A DNA stretch of 64,000 nucleotides from positions 320,001 through 384,000 of the forward strand of contig CAWGMQ010000010.1 in NCBI GenBank assembly GCA_963823665.1. The letters run 5' to 3'. This DNA comes from an uncultured Planctomycetota bacterium. Lineage in GTDB: Bacteria > Planctomycetota > Planctomycetia > Isosphaerales > Isosphaeraceae. The translations under genes were made by a program, and so were the position numbers. The notes beneath the pieces were generated by a model that did no database searches, was not told the origin of the DNA, and worked only from the letters and a program-made list of their open reading frames with translations. Shown here one piece after another: positions 41,017-51,012 of this stretch. Positions within the stretch are counted from its first letter, which is position 1. Each line of letters starts with the position of its first letter.

Positions 41017-42714
41017 ATGGCGACACGCAAGCGTGATCTCCGGCCGGATGCCAAAGGGCGTTATCGCCCGTACATCGGGTGGTATCAAGGTATCAACGAC
41101 GACGAAGAAAGGAGGCAGCCTCGGTTCAACCTCGGCACCGATCTGAAAGAAGCCGAGCGACGGCTCACGAGGATCAGGGAGCTTTACGAGGATAACTGCC
41201 GAGCGGTCAATCGGGACGGGTGGTCGACACAGGCGCTTGGATTCGCAAAAGAGATCGCTCGGGGTGACCGGCGTATTGTGTACCCGACATTCTCGGATGT
41301 GATCGACCAGGACTACCCGCTGCTCGAATTCGCCCAGATGCATCACAACATCCGGGACATGTACCCCTCTGTCGAGTTCGTCGCAGATCCGCAACTCTAC
41401 AGCGAGTCGCTTGAACTCAATAAGAAAAATGTCTCCGAGCGTCTGAGATTACTAGAAGGCGAGCTTCGGCAAGAGGGTTTCCTTCCGCCGAACGCTGAAC
41501 TTCCACACGAAATTATCCCCGGCACGCTACACGAAGCCCTCAGCGCCTACATGCAGGATATTCAGAGGCATAACGTTGCTCCGGGAACCAGCGAAACGAC
41601 AAGCTATGGTCTGCGAAGGCTGGAACGGATCGAGACGTTCAGAGAACACCATCCTGACATCGACCTGCATTCACTAAACTACGACGAGTGCAAAGCGATG
41701 GTTGACTACTGGCGTAGCCGTCCTCCTCGGAAAGACGGCAAGCCGTCGAGCCATGCCAACTCCCGGCATAATGTCGGAGAGTTGATGCGGTTCTTTCGCT
41801 GGCTCGACTCGTCTTCGGCGTTTGGCTGGCAGATGCCAAGGACGCTGGAACGAGTGGAACGCAAGGTTCCGAGAACTGATGGCGAGCGGCGGCTCTCGGC
41901 GATCACGAAGGAAATTTATACTGTCCATGAACTTGCAGAAATAAACCGCCACGCCACGCCCGTTGAACGGCTATTGCTCTATCTGGGACTGAATTGTGCG
42001 ATGGGTGCTGCGGAACTTGGGCGACTGGTCCAGTGCGACTTTTTCCTTCGCCAACCCCATGAGCTTGCTGACCGTCTGCACTTTCAATCGACACCCGAAG
42101 ACTCGTTCGCCCGATTCCTACGTCCCAAGACGCAGGTTTTCGGTGAGTGGCTCCTTTGGGCCGAGACCGTGCAGATGGTCGAATGGGGTCTGAACGAATC
42201 CAGACGCCTCAAGTCCGACGTACTCTTCGTGTCTGAACGTGGACAACCCTGGTATCGGGAACGAACTCAGAATCCGCACTCGAAGTTCACAAACGTTTGG
42301 GACAGATTGATTCGTCGAGTGCAAAAGTCGGACTCTGGGTTCCGACGCCTGCCGGTAGGGACATTGCGGGATACGCTTCCTGATCTGCTTCGCCACCGAT
42401 GTACCGACGAGATTGCGTCATTGTCGCTGGCGCACGGCTCCCCGTTCCACGGGGACAGCCTCCTGGAATGCTATGCGGGCAGGCCGTTCGGGCGATTGCA
42501 CACGGCCTTGAGGGAGATTCGTGCCTACTTCGACCCAGTCTTTGCTGCCGCTCCTGCTGATTCGACCGAGGAGGGAAAGCACTATCTGCCGATCGCTGTT
42601 CACGAGAAGGTCCGAGCGTTGATCGCCGAGGGCAAGACCGCACCCCAGATTGCCAGGGAATGCGGTGTCTCAGCGATGACCGTGTATCGAGCGATGGGAC
42701 GTTACGACTACTGA
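41017..42714 (+). CDS. atypical tyrosine recombinase/integrase with C-terminal HTH
   Basis: LGLNCAMGAAE (box I-like), RPKT, GTLRDT, LAHG, ECY; C-terminal APQIARECGVSAMTVYR; next to ssrA. Confidence 0.8.
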   Translation: MATRKRDLRPDAKGRYRPYIGWYQGINDDEERRQPRFNLGTDLKEAERRLTRIRELYEDNCRAVNRDGWSTQALGFAKEIARGDRRIVYPTFSDVIDQDYPLLEFAQMHHNIRDMYPSVEFVADPQLYSESLELNKKNVSERLRLLEGELRQEGFLPPNAELPHEIIPGTLHEALSAYMQDIQRHNVAPGTSETTSYGLRRLERIETFREHHPDIDLHSLNYDECKAMVDYWRSRPPRKDGKPSSHANSRHNVGELMRFFRWLDSSSAFGWQMPRTLERVERKVPRTDGERRLSAITKEIYTVHELAEINRHATPVERLLLYLGLNCAMGAAELGRLVQCDFFLRQPHELADRLHFQSTPEDSFARFLRPKTQVFGEWLLWAETVQMVEWGLNESRRLKSDVLFVSERGQPWYRERTQNPHSKFTNVWDRLIRRVQKSDSGFRRLPVGTLRDTLPDLLRHRCTDEIASLSLAHGSPFHGDSLLECYAGRPFGRLHTALREIRAYFDPVFAAAPADSTEEGKHYLPIAVHEKVRALIAEGKTAPQIARECGVSAMTVYRAMGRYDY

Positions 42715-42798
42715 TTTTCTTTGAAACCGACACCGTCTAGAAGGGCGTTCGACCAATCAACGTGGTTGGTCCTGAAACCCTCTGATAACGGTGTCTCA

Positions 42799-44116
42799 AT
42801 GTCCGAAAACCAATCCGTTTGCTGCGCCTTCTGCTTCAATCACGATGTGCCGCTCTTTGAAGGCGGCTTCGATCCACCCGTCCACATCTGCGCCTTCTGT
42901 GCAACCAGAGCCCTTGCCGAGATCTCTCCCCAACCAGTCCCAGAACCAGCCCCGCCTCCTGAGCGCCCAACCAAAGAGGCACGCCTCGCCTCGATCCCAT
43001 CCCCGAAGTCATTGGTTGCCCATCTCAATCAACACGTTATCGGGCAGGATGTCGCCAAAAGGCGGCTGGCTTTGGGCGTCAGCAACCACTTCAAACGTCT
43101 CGTCGATAACTGGGATCGTGACGATCCCGATCCAATCATCGCCGACGCCGATTTGCACAATGTGCGAATTGAGAAGAGCAACATCCTGCTCATTGGTCCA
43201 TCGGGCAGCGGCAAAACTCACTTGGTGAAGTCTCTGGCTTCCCACCTCAACGTCCCGGTCGCCATCGGTGATGCCACGTCACTGACCGAGGCCGGATACG
43301 TCGGCGAGGACGTGGAGAGCCTGCTCTCCAGATTGATTCTGGCAGCCAACGGCGACCTCAGTGCCGCCCAGGGCGGCATCATTTACCTCGACGAGATCGA
43401 CAAGATCAAGGCAAGCGGTTTTGGCTACAAGGACATGAGGCTCGGCGTCCAACACGGCTTGCTCAAGATTCTCGAAGGGTGTATCGCCACTGTCCCACCC
43501 CTTGGCGGCTACAAACATCCGATGCAGCCGGGCATTCCCTTCGACACGACCAATGTCCTGTTTATTTGCGGCGGGGCGTTTGTGGGGCTGGAGGAAATCA
43601 TCGCCAAGAGGCTCGGAAAGGGTGGTTTCGGATTCGATCAGTTGTCTGAAGATTACCAGGTAGAGGCTGATGGGTTGCTGCGGTTGGTCAAGCCTGAAGA
43701 CTTGGAGGCGTTCGGCTTGATCCCGGAGATCATCGGTCGGCTGCCGGTGATCGCACCGCTGGATGCCTTGGACGTTGAGGATCTGGCCCGCATTCTACAA
43801 TCCACGAAAGGGTCTTTGATCCAGCAGTTCAGAAAGCTCGTCAGGTTTCACGGTGGGGACTTGTCGTTCACCGATACTGCGATCAAAGAGATCGCCAGGA
43901 TTGCCTTGGAGCGTGGTACGGGAGCCAGGGGCGCTTCGATCGGTCGTTGAGGAGGTTCTGGAAGGGGTTTTGTTCGATGTCGAGGCGGGCGTGAGGTACA
44001 TCGTGAACGAACAGACTGTCAGAGGCGGGGAGCCAACGACGCAGAGCATGGCGTTGCCCAGGGCACCATTGAATTCTTTTCTGATCAAGAGGCGAATCTC
44101 TAACAGATTGTCTTGA
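42799..44116 (+). CDS. clpX: ClpX-like AAA+ unfoldase, frameshift near 43930
   Basis: CAFC..CAFC zinc finger, VIGQD, KSNILLIGPSGSGKT, AGYVGEDVE, YLDEIDK, GARxLRS across the shift. Confidence 0.88.
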
Positions 44117-44266
44117 AATAGTTTAAATGCACAATGGCTCGTGGCGTTGTTCCAAATCATCACTTGCACGCCAATCTCTAGATTGTATTCTGCGTGATTA
44201 ATTGACTTCAATGAATGCATTCAGTATTATTCACGGGGACAAGAGAGTTCTTTCAGGAGCGCAGAG

Positions 44267-46462
44267 ATGGACGACACCTCGAAGAAAGATTCGATCGCCT
44301 GCTATCTGGGGGCAGTTCGTGAAGAGGCGGGACTGACCCAAGCCCAGTTGGCTGGGAAGATCGCTTACAGTCCAGCCAGCATTTCCCGAATTGAGTCCGG
44401 TGATAAGGCAGTCACAGCGGAAGAATTGGATGCGATCCTGAAGGCGATTGGCACGCCGAAGGCTCGTCAGCTTATGGAGTTCACCAAACAAAAATGGGAT
44501 GTCCTGGAACGTCCCGACTTTGCTCATCCGAACCGTGATTCCTTATGGTCTGCGAATGTCGGCCTCCGTAAACTGCGAAAACTCCGCAATAACCCAAAAC
44601 TCAAGAACGTCGTCGTGCGTCAAATCGACCTGTACGAAAAGGAAATCCGGCGACTGGCCGGGTTTCTTGAGTCCTGCGCTCACCAGATCGCATTCATCGG
44701 CAGTATCGGTGTCGGCAAGTCCACCGCCATCTGCAAACTGGCTGGGTTGCTCAAGCCAGATGAGTCGAGATTAGAGCGAGAGATTGTCCTGGACACGGGG
44801 GCGGGTGGGACGACGATCTGCCAGGTCCACATTAACCAGGGTCCGCAGTACGGGCTTCGTATTGAGCCCAGGTCGGATGCGAGCATTCGACGAGATGTCG
44901 AGGATTTCGCCGAGTACCTCCTGTATCTAACCCGTGGCCCCTCACCAGTCCCGAAGGCAGACGGAGCCCAAGATGATTCGCCCGGCATCTCAAAAGAGGT
45001 GGAACGGGCAATCCGCAATCTGTCTGGTCTCGTCGAGAAAAAACACAAAGATGAGACGGGCAAAATAATTCGCCACGATCCCGCACGAGAGTTGGCGACT
45101 GAATTCGCTCAGATCGACGAGCTTACGATCGAGATTCTCACGAGGATGGACTTGGTGCGTCGGTCAAAGAGGGACGCCTGGTTTCAACAGGATTGCGGCG
45201 TACCTCCGATGCAGTGGCTACAGAAGATGTTCTCAGATGTGAACAACGGCAGAAGTCCAGAGTTCACCATCCCAGACAAAATCGAAGTGCTATTGCCCGA
45301 GCACGTTTTGTCATCGCCCGACTACTCGTGCGAGATTATCGATACAAGGGGGATCTCACAGGACGCCTACGCTGCTCGCCAAGACTTGGATTCACACTTC
45401 GACGACCCTCGCACTCTGGTGGTGCTCTGCTCCACCTTCCTCCAAGCACCAGAGGTCAATGTCCAGACGCTGCTGAGACGTGCGAAGGAAGGTGGGTTAA
45501 GAGACGTGGAGTCGAAGACCATAGTTCTCGTGCTTCCCCACGATGATGAGGCTTGCAAGGTCAAAGACAACGCAGGCAATTTCGTCGAGACTGATGAAGA
45601 GGGTTACGAGTTGAAGGCTGAAGCGGTAAATCTCGCCCTAACGCAGATGGGGTTCGGTCAGGCGATTGTTCGGTTCTTCAACTCGAAGCAGGATTCTCCC
45701 GAGCCGGTGCTTAAGGCCCTTTTGGCGCAGGTAACCGAGCTTCGCCGCATTTACGCCGCCAGGATCGTCCAATTTGTCCAGGCGGTCGATCTTGTGATCG
45801 AGGACCAAGAGAACGAAGAGGTAAGGCACATCTTCGAGACGGTTGGACACCATCTTTCCGCTTGGGTGGAAAGCCATCGAGAACTGCGCTGGGACGGTCG
45901 GCCTGTCCAGGAATCGCTGATCACTGCAATCGACAACACACCACGTGCTCCCACTGTCTGGGCTTCCGTGAGGCGCAATGGCATCTGGGATAACCTCAAT
46001 TATTACCACCATCTTGGCTTCGGCGCACGTCGCATCGCTGTAGGCGTGGTTGGCAGTAAGATCGAGGATTTGAAGAAAAACCTTCAAGACCTAATGAAAA
46101 ACGATCAGTTTTCGCCCGCCCAAACCTTCGTCGGTGGAGTGCTTGCCCGCTTAGAGAATGAAGTTGACGAGGTCTACAAGCGAATGCAGTTTGTCGGTGC
46201 TGAAGTGTTCAAGACCGACGTCCAGCGGGACTACGACTTCTGGAACAAGTGCAATCGTCGTTGGGGTCAGGGGCGTGGTTTTCGGGATGCCATCCGAGAC
46301 TACACCGCTAGTCAATTCAAGTCGAATTACGAGGACGCTCACCTCCGCATTAAGGAATTGATCGGCCGTGAGTGGGAAAAGCTCGTCAGCCTCCTCAACG
46401 GGATGATTCGGGACGAGGTGAAGCAGCTTGAGGCTGTGTCATCGGGGGCGCTAGAGAACTGA
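44267..46462 (+). CDS. XRE-HTH fused to a dynamin-like GTPase domain
   Basis: AGLTQAQLA..ISRIESG HTH; GSIGVGKST, TT and DTRG GTPase motifs; long helical C-terminus. Confidence 0.7.
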   Translation: MDDTSKKDSIACYLGAVREEAGLTQAQLAGKIAYSPASISRIESGDKAVTAEELDAILKAIGTPKARQLMEFTKQKWDVLERPDFAHPNRDSLWSANVGLRKLRKLRNNPKLKNVVVRQIDLYEKEIRRLAGFLESCAHQIAFIGSIGVGKSTAICKLAGLLKPDESRLEREIVLDTGAGGTTICQVHINQGPQYGLRIEPRSDASIRRDVEDFAEYLLYLTRGPSPVPKADGAQDDSPGISKEVERAIRNLSGLVEKKHKDETGKIIRHDPARELATEFAQIDELTIEILTRMDLVRRSKRDAWFQQDCGVPPMQWLQKMFSDVNNGRSPEFTIPDKIEVLLPEHVLSSPDYSCEIIDTRGISQDAYAARQDLDSHFDDPRTLVVLCSTFLQAPEVNVQTLLRRAKEGGLRDVESKTIVLVLPHDDEACKVKDNAGNFVETDEEGYELKAEAVNLALTQMGFGQAIVRFFNSKQDSPEPVLKALLAQVTELRRIYAARIVQFVQAVDLVIEDQENEEVRHIFETVGHHLSAWVESHRELRWDGRPVQESLITAIDNTPRAPTVWASVRRNGIWDNLNYYHHLGFGARRIAVGVVGSKIEDLKKNLQDLMKNDQFSPAQTFVGGVLARLENEVDEVYKRMQFVGAEVFKTDVQRDYDFWNKCNRRWGQGRGFRDAIRDYTASQFKSNYEDAHLRIKELIGREWEKLVSLLNGMIRDEVKQLEAVSSGALEN

Positions 46463-46578
46463 TCCCCGAACGAAGTGCGAAGCGGTGTGGATCTAGCGAA
46501 CCGCCCATAGCGCTTTGGCTTCAGTAGATGGGAGTTGCTCGTCTCAGCACCTTCGTTTATGAGAAAGCGTCTTAAGAA

Positions 46579-47325
46579 ATGGCTGATGAAGTTCGATGCG
46601 CAAGTTGCAACAGCATGGTTTCCGAAGAGTCTTCGCCTTGTCCGAAGTGTGGCGATACTCACAAGACCATATCAGTCTCCGCAAAAACTGGATTCAGGGT
46701 GTTCAATGAGCTTGGAATGCAAGCCCGAGATGTGGGTGACCGGCTCCGTCGTGAATATCAATCGAGGGCAGATGGAACTAAGGAGGGAATCATCGATCGA
46801 GATCTCTCTGGCCCCGAGGAGATCATCCGCCGTTTTGGTACCCGCTCTGGGCCGCTCCGGAACTTCGATGAGGAGATCAAGTATGTCGAGACGTTCGTCT
46901 CGGCTCTCAACCTGCATTTGGGCCGCTCGTATGAGATTGAGGCCAAGGCAAAGGAGGACTCAGACTTCCCCGATCGCTGGCTGATTGATCAAGCCCTCCC
47001 TGAAGAGTCGCCCGATCGCAGAGTCGGCGTCGAGGTCACTAATCTCGACCAGAATGCCATCGAAGGGCTCAATCGAGACGAGCGATTTGATGCTTCGGGC
47101 TCGATCGAAACGATCGTGGATTCGACCGCCCATGCGGTCCTAAAGAAGTGTAAAATCGAACCGGCAGCCGCATCTCGCACCTATCTGCTTCTGACGTGCC
47201 CTTATCCAATTACGCCGACCATGCACGACGAATTCAGAAAGCACTTCCTGTTCAAGTCACCCAAGAAATACTTCAGGGAGGTCTGGGTTGCGCCCTTCAA
47301 AGAACCGGCCTTCCGAATCCTATAA
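46579..47325 (+). CDS. zinc-ribbon plus putative PD-(D/E)xK-like domain protein
   Basis: CASC..CPKC; DFPD...GVEVT. Confidence 0.55.
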   Translation: MADEVRCASCNSMVSEESSPCPKCGDTHKTISVSAKTGFRVFNELGMQARDVGDRLRREYQSRADGTKEGIIDRDLSGPEEIIRRFGTRSGPLRNFDEEIKYVETFVSALNLHLGRSYEIEAKAKEDSDFPDRWLIDQALPEESPDRRVGVEVTNLDQNAIEGLNRDERFDASGSIETIVDSTAHAVLKKCKIEPAAASRTYLLLTCPYPITPTMHDEFRKHFLFKSPKKYFREVWVAPFKEPAFRIL

Positions 47326-47493
47326 AACTAATCTGGCGGAAGACGGGAGACCGGCCCAGAGCCAGACAATTGGGGCGTGCGCTTGTTCGTCGCAATGACT
47401 GCTGGGCGGACCGGTGGACCGGTGTCTCCCACGGTTCAACGGTGTTATTATGACGTCTGTAGCCGTTTTGATTTGAGCGACGGAAAAAATCGA

Positions 47494-48042
47494 ATGTCAG
47501 ACAGAGATCCAGATGACAACGAAGCCGGCCCAGTCAAAGCTCGGGGAGCATCGCTTCGTGCGTTGGATGTCGGGCTCACGATTAGCGAATCGACAGTCAG
47601 GGACTTGTTTGAGGAACTGCGTCGGCTGATCAGGGAAACGGTAAGAGAAGAGTTTTCACAACAAAACTCAAGGGTCCATGAATCAAAGAATCAGGACGCC
47701 TTGCGAGATCAGCCGAAGCCGCTCCCAGGAGGGATTGAACTGCCAACGACCGAGCAATTGAAGGCAAAGGACCTTCGGATGGCGCTGCTCCTCGGCAAGT
47801 TGCCAGAGGATTCTGGTTTGCTGATCGATATGAACACGACCGCCAAACTCTTGAGCATTACCAGGCGAACGCTCGATCGTATGGTCTCGGCGCACGAGAT
47901 TCCCTCGCCAATCTGCATCACCGGCAGAATGAAACGTTGGCGGCTAACTGAATTACTCGAATGGATTGAGGCGGGTTGCCCGCACCCGAACCATTGGTCG
48001 TATAGCTCGGACTCCGGGGTGCGTAGGAAGGTGAAGAAGTAA
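47494..48042 (+). CDS. AlpA-like HTH protein (possible excisionase/regulator)
   Basis: TAKLLSITRRTLDRMV..IPSP..RWRLTELLEWIEAGCP. Confidence 0.8.
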   Translation: MSDRDPDDNEAGPVKARGASLRALDVGLTISESTVRDLFEELRRLIRETVREEFSQQNSRVHESKNQDALRDQPKPLPGGIELPTTEQLKAKDLRMALLLGKLPEDSGLLIDMNTTAKLLSITRRTLDRMVSAHEIPSPICITGRMKRWRLTELLEWIEAGCPHPNHWSYSSDSGVRRKVKK

Positions 48043-48057
48043 AACGGAAGGAGAGGG

Positions 48058-48367
48058 TTGATTCGTGGGATCTCGCACGTACCGTCACATTCTAAGACCC
48101 TCGGTAGACTGCCTTCGGCAGCAAGGCAAATTCTTGATCGGCACCAAAGGCTTAGCCGAGTTCCTCGGCGTCGAACGGAAGATCATCCAGCAACTCATTT
48201 ACTGCGACCGAATCCCCCTTCCAGTGAGTCTTGGACTTGCGGAATGTCATCGTTGGAGCGTGATCGAGCTACTGGAATGGTTAGAGGCGGGTTGCCCCCG
48301 TCGAACCAAATGGATCGAGGCACGGGGCCAAAGCGGATGGTCTCCCTACTGGCGAACACGACCTTGA
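48058..48367 (+). CDS. second AlpA-like HTH protein, start uncertain
   Basis: LAEFLGVERKII..RIPLP..RWSVIELLEWLEAGCP; the RBS-supported TTG at 48058 is out of frame with the ORF at 48065. Confidence 0.7.
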
Positions 48368-48738
48368 TGACATGGAAGAGTTCCTGCCACCAGACTGCGT
48401 TTTTTTCGGCGGCGGATTTTCCGGACCTCGACTTTCTGGTGATTCTTGTAGCCCCCTGCGGAAAGCTCGGAAGTTTGAAGTAACAAATAAGGAAACCACC
48501 TCGTAACTGTTCCACCCGCCCCCCATCGGTATCCTTTTTTTCACAAATAAACCTGGAATTGTTGCTTCAAAAACTACGGTACAGACCCGCCCTCGTGGTG
48601 CCCTCTCAACTCTCACACATATCTCCTTGGTGTCAATTGGTAGCCTGATTTCCCCGCTCCTTGCTGTCGTCTAGGTGCAGGTGATCCTGCCGCCCGGTCA
48701 ACCTCAAGAATCGACTGAATAATGTTCAGCCGATTGCG

Positions 48739-49344
48739 TTACTCGGCGCTGTGCGTATGGCTCAGTACCCGGTAGATCGTTGGCCGAGAGAGTCCGGTAA
48801 TGCGGGCGATTTTGGCGATCGGCGTCCTCGCCGCTTTCATCTCTTGGATCGCACTGACTTGCTCATCGGTAACCCGCCATCGCCAACCCTTCTCGCTCCC
48901 GCCCCAAGTTTTGCCTTTCCGCCTGGCAACCTCTTGCCCGGCGTGAATCCGCTCTCCCCTGACCTCCGTCTCATACTCAGCGACCGATGCAAGAATTCGG
49001 GCGTGAAGCCGCCCGGCCGGTGATGAAAGAGTGAACCCGTCCTTGAGAGAGACGAGATCGACTTTCCTTTCCTGGAGTTCGTCAAACAACTGGCAAAGCC
49101 CTTGGGTCGTTCTCCCCAAACGATCCAGCCGCCAGACCACGATGCGGCTAAGTCGGCCGGCTCGCAATTCCGCCAGGAGCCGATCCATACCCGGTCTGTT
49201 CATCGTGCGCCCGGTGAACGTGTCTCGGAACCACTCAACGGGACCATCATGAGCTTCCACCCACCGTTCCAGGTCGGGCAACTGGCTGGCGTGGGTCTGA
49301 TCTCGATGGCTGACCCGGACGTAGTTGGCGGTGATCTTGGACAT
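48739..49344 (-). CDS. serine recombinase (resolvase/invertase)
   Basis: YVRVS, RPG, VWRLDRLGR, C-terminal HTH LSRPTIYR. Confidence 0.95.
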   Translation of the reverse strand: MSKITANYVRVSHRDQTHASQLPDLERWVEAHDGPVEWFRDTFTGRTMNRPGMDRLLAELRAGRLSRIVVWRLDRLGRTTQGLCQLFDELQERKVDLVSLKDGFTLSSPAGRLHARILASVAEYETEVRGERIHAGQEVARRKGKTWGGSEKGWRWRVTDEQVSAIQEMKAARTPIAKIARITGLSRPTIYRVLSHTHSAE

Positions 49345-49470
49345 CTATGTGAGACCCGAATTGTAAACTGTCGATTACAAGCGACACGATGCGCCGACTC
49401 TGACTATGAGATCCCGTTTTTTCCAGCGTCTGGACGAGCCGTTTTGGAGTATAGTGAGACGTTACACTTT
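49345..49470. promoter_or_regulatory. candidate res site
   Basis: TTGTAA-N8-TTACAA palindrome at 49361-49380 and two GTGAGAC half-sites directly upstream of the resolvase. Confidence 0.4.
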
Positions 49471-49523
49471 CAGCTTGTCTGAATTGATCGGGCAGGCATC
49501 GCTTCCTGCCCTTGTCGTTGGTG

Positions 49524-49745
49524 TCATTCTGCCGGCGTACCGCTCCAGGTGATGTGACAGTTGTTGATGAACCGGCAGATCCAAGGGCCACCCTTGCCCT
49601 TTTGTAGTGCTTGGAACACCACGTCTCCATCGTGGTAAGCCTTGGCTGTTCCACCAGACTTGTCGTGTTCCACATAGCAGCCTTTGCTTACTGCATCACG
49701 CAGGATCGATTCGACTGCGTTGGTCGTCAAAAGTGCGACTGGCAT
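49524..49745 (-). CDS. hypothetical protein
   Basis: 73 aa MPVALLTT...; stop codon lies inside the junction motif. Confidence 0.6.
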   Translation of the reverse strand: MPVALLTTNAVESILRDAVSKGCYVEHDKSGGTAKAYHDGDVVFQALQKGKGGPWICRFINNCHITWSGTPAE

Positions 49746-49798
49746 AGGTCTTTCTTCTGGTAAGAGGGGCGTCGTTCCCAACGCCCCCTTCACCGGTG

Positions 49799-50050
49799 TC
49801 ACTTTTTATGCGGCTCGAAGCCGTAGTAGAACCGAGGACTGTGTTGGAAGAAGAGACTGCCCTTTTGGTTGTCGGACTTCCTTGTCACCACCACGACTGG
49901 TGCCATGAATCCGATGACGTCGAAGTCATCGGACAACTTGGACGTGTTCCACACTTGCCCGTGCTTGGCTTCCAAGTACTCCCTAGAGCCGGGTTCGGCA
50001 TTGATCTCGGCAACCATTTCCTTGCGGATCGACTCGGTTGAATCGGTCAT
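49799..50050 (-). CDS. hypothetical protein
   Basis: MTDSTESIRK..DFDVIGFMAPVVVV..FQHSPRFY; AAGGA RBS; stop codon in motif. Confidence 0.7.
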   Translation of the reverse strand: MTDSTESIRKEMVAEINAEPGSREYLEAKHGQVWNTSKLSDDFDVIGFMAPVVVVTRKSDNQKGSLFFQHSPRFYYGFEPHKK

Positions 50051-50135
50051 ACGTATTCCTTTCGGGTTGAAGGGCGTTGATCTCACATCGCTCTCGACGG
50101 TGTCAGTTTGAAACGGGACGGAACGGATCGCCGGT

Positions 50136-50438
50136 TCAATATTCCTCGGGCCTCAAAGTCGTCGTGCAATAACGGAGACCGACCTCGTTGACCGCCTCGG
50201 TGATGACCCAGAGGCGCTCCCCCTTTCGGGTCACATACGCCGACAGGATTCGGCTTCCATTGATCAACGCCGCATCGTTGGCCTGGCGATCCTCTTCGTC
50301 GAGGTCGCCCCAATCGCCGGTGACGTGCCTGGCGAGGAACTCGCCCGCCGTTTGACCGGCATTCTGAAGGGCTTCAAGGGCACCAGGCGTGGCGACGATC
50401 CGCCCGATGCTGAATTTCTTGGTCTCATTGGGACTCAC
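50136..50438 (-). CDS. plasmid/ICE-type conserved small protein
   Basis: GRIVATPGAL..RHVTGDWGDL..N..RILSAY..LWVITE..PEEY, a pattern common on mobile elements. Confidence 0.8.
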   Translation of the reverse strand: MSPNETKKFSIGRIVATPGALEALQNAGQTAGEFLARHVTGDWGDLDEEDRQANDAALINGSRILSAYVTRKGERLWVITEAVNEVGLRYCTTTLRPEEY

Positions 50439-50528
50439 TTTGTCTCTCCTGAGTTGGACTTGTCGTTGTTTACGGTTTGAAAGGCGGTGTCGGGTGGGAT
50501 GCTGCTACCACCGCCTACCCGTGACTTG

Positions 50529-50964
50529 TTAGCAGTCGGCGTATTCGCTCTCGTTTGGTTCACCGTGCAAGGATCGGCCTCATCCTCGGCGTCGATCTGT
50601 GACCAATATTCAGCCAGGGTGAGCGCTTCATGGCGGGCTTGGTCTTCGGTCGCAATCCGTCAGTAGTTCACCACGGAAGAGCATGCCGTCGTCGCCCAGG
50701 GCGTAGCCGATCACGAACCGACCATGAGTCAGCCTGAACATCAGGGCGATGGAGCCGTCGTGAAACTGCCGAATGATCTTCGCTGCGACAGGCGAGCATC
50801 GTGCTGCCGTCCCAGCGGGTCAGGCTGATGAACCCATGACGGTGGCGGGTGTAACCCGTTACATTGCGACCATTTATCGATGAGCCGAAGGCGGCGAAGA
50901 CATGACCGTTATGGGTTACGATCCCGATCTCAAGTTGCCCACGCCGTTCGCACTTTGTCTGCAT
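50529..50964 (-). CDS. hypothetical protein with apparent frameshifts; end approximate
   Basis: GGAGG RBS; coding-like sequence continues in shifted frames (IGYALGDDGMLFRGEL, EYWSQIDAEDE). Confidence 0.5.
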
Positions 50965-51012
50965 GGTGATCCTCCCGTTGAGGTGTTGTTGGTTACGGGA
51001 GGATCGGCGGTG

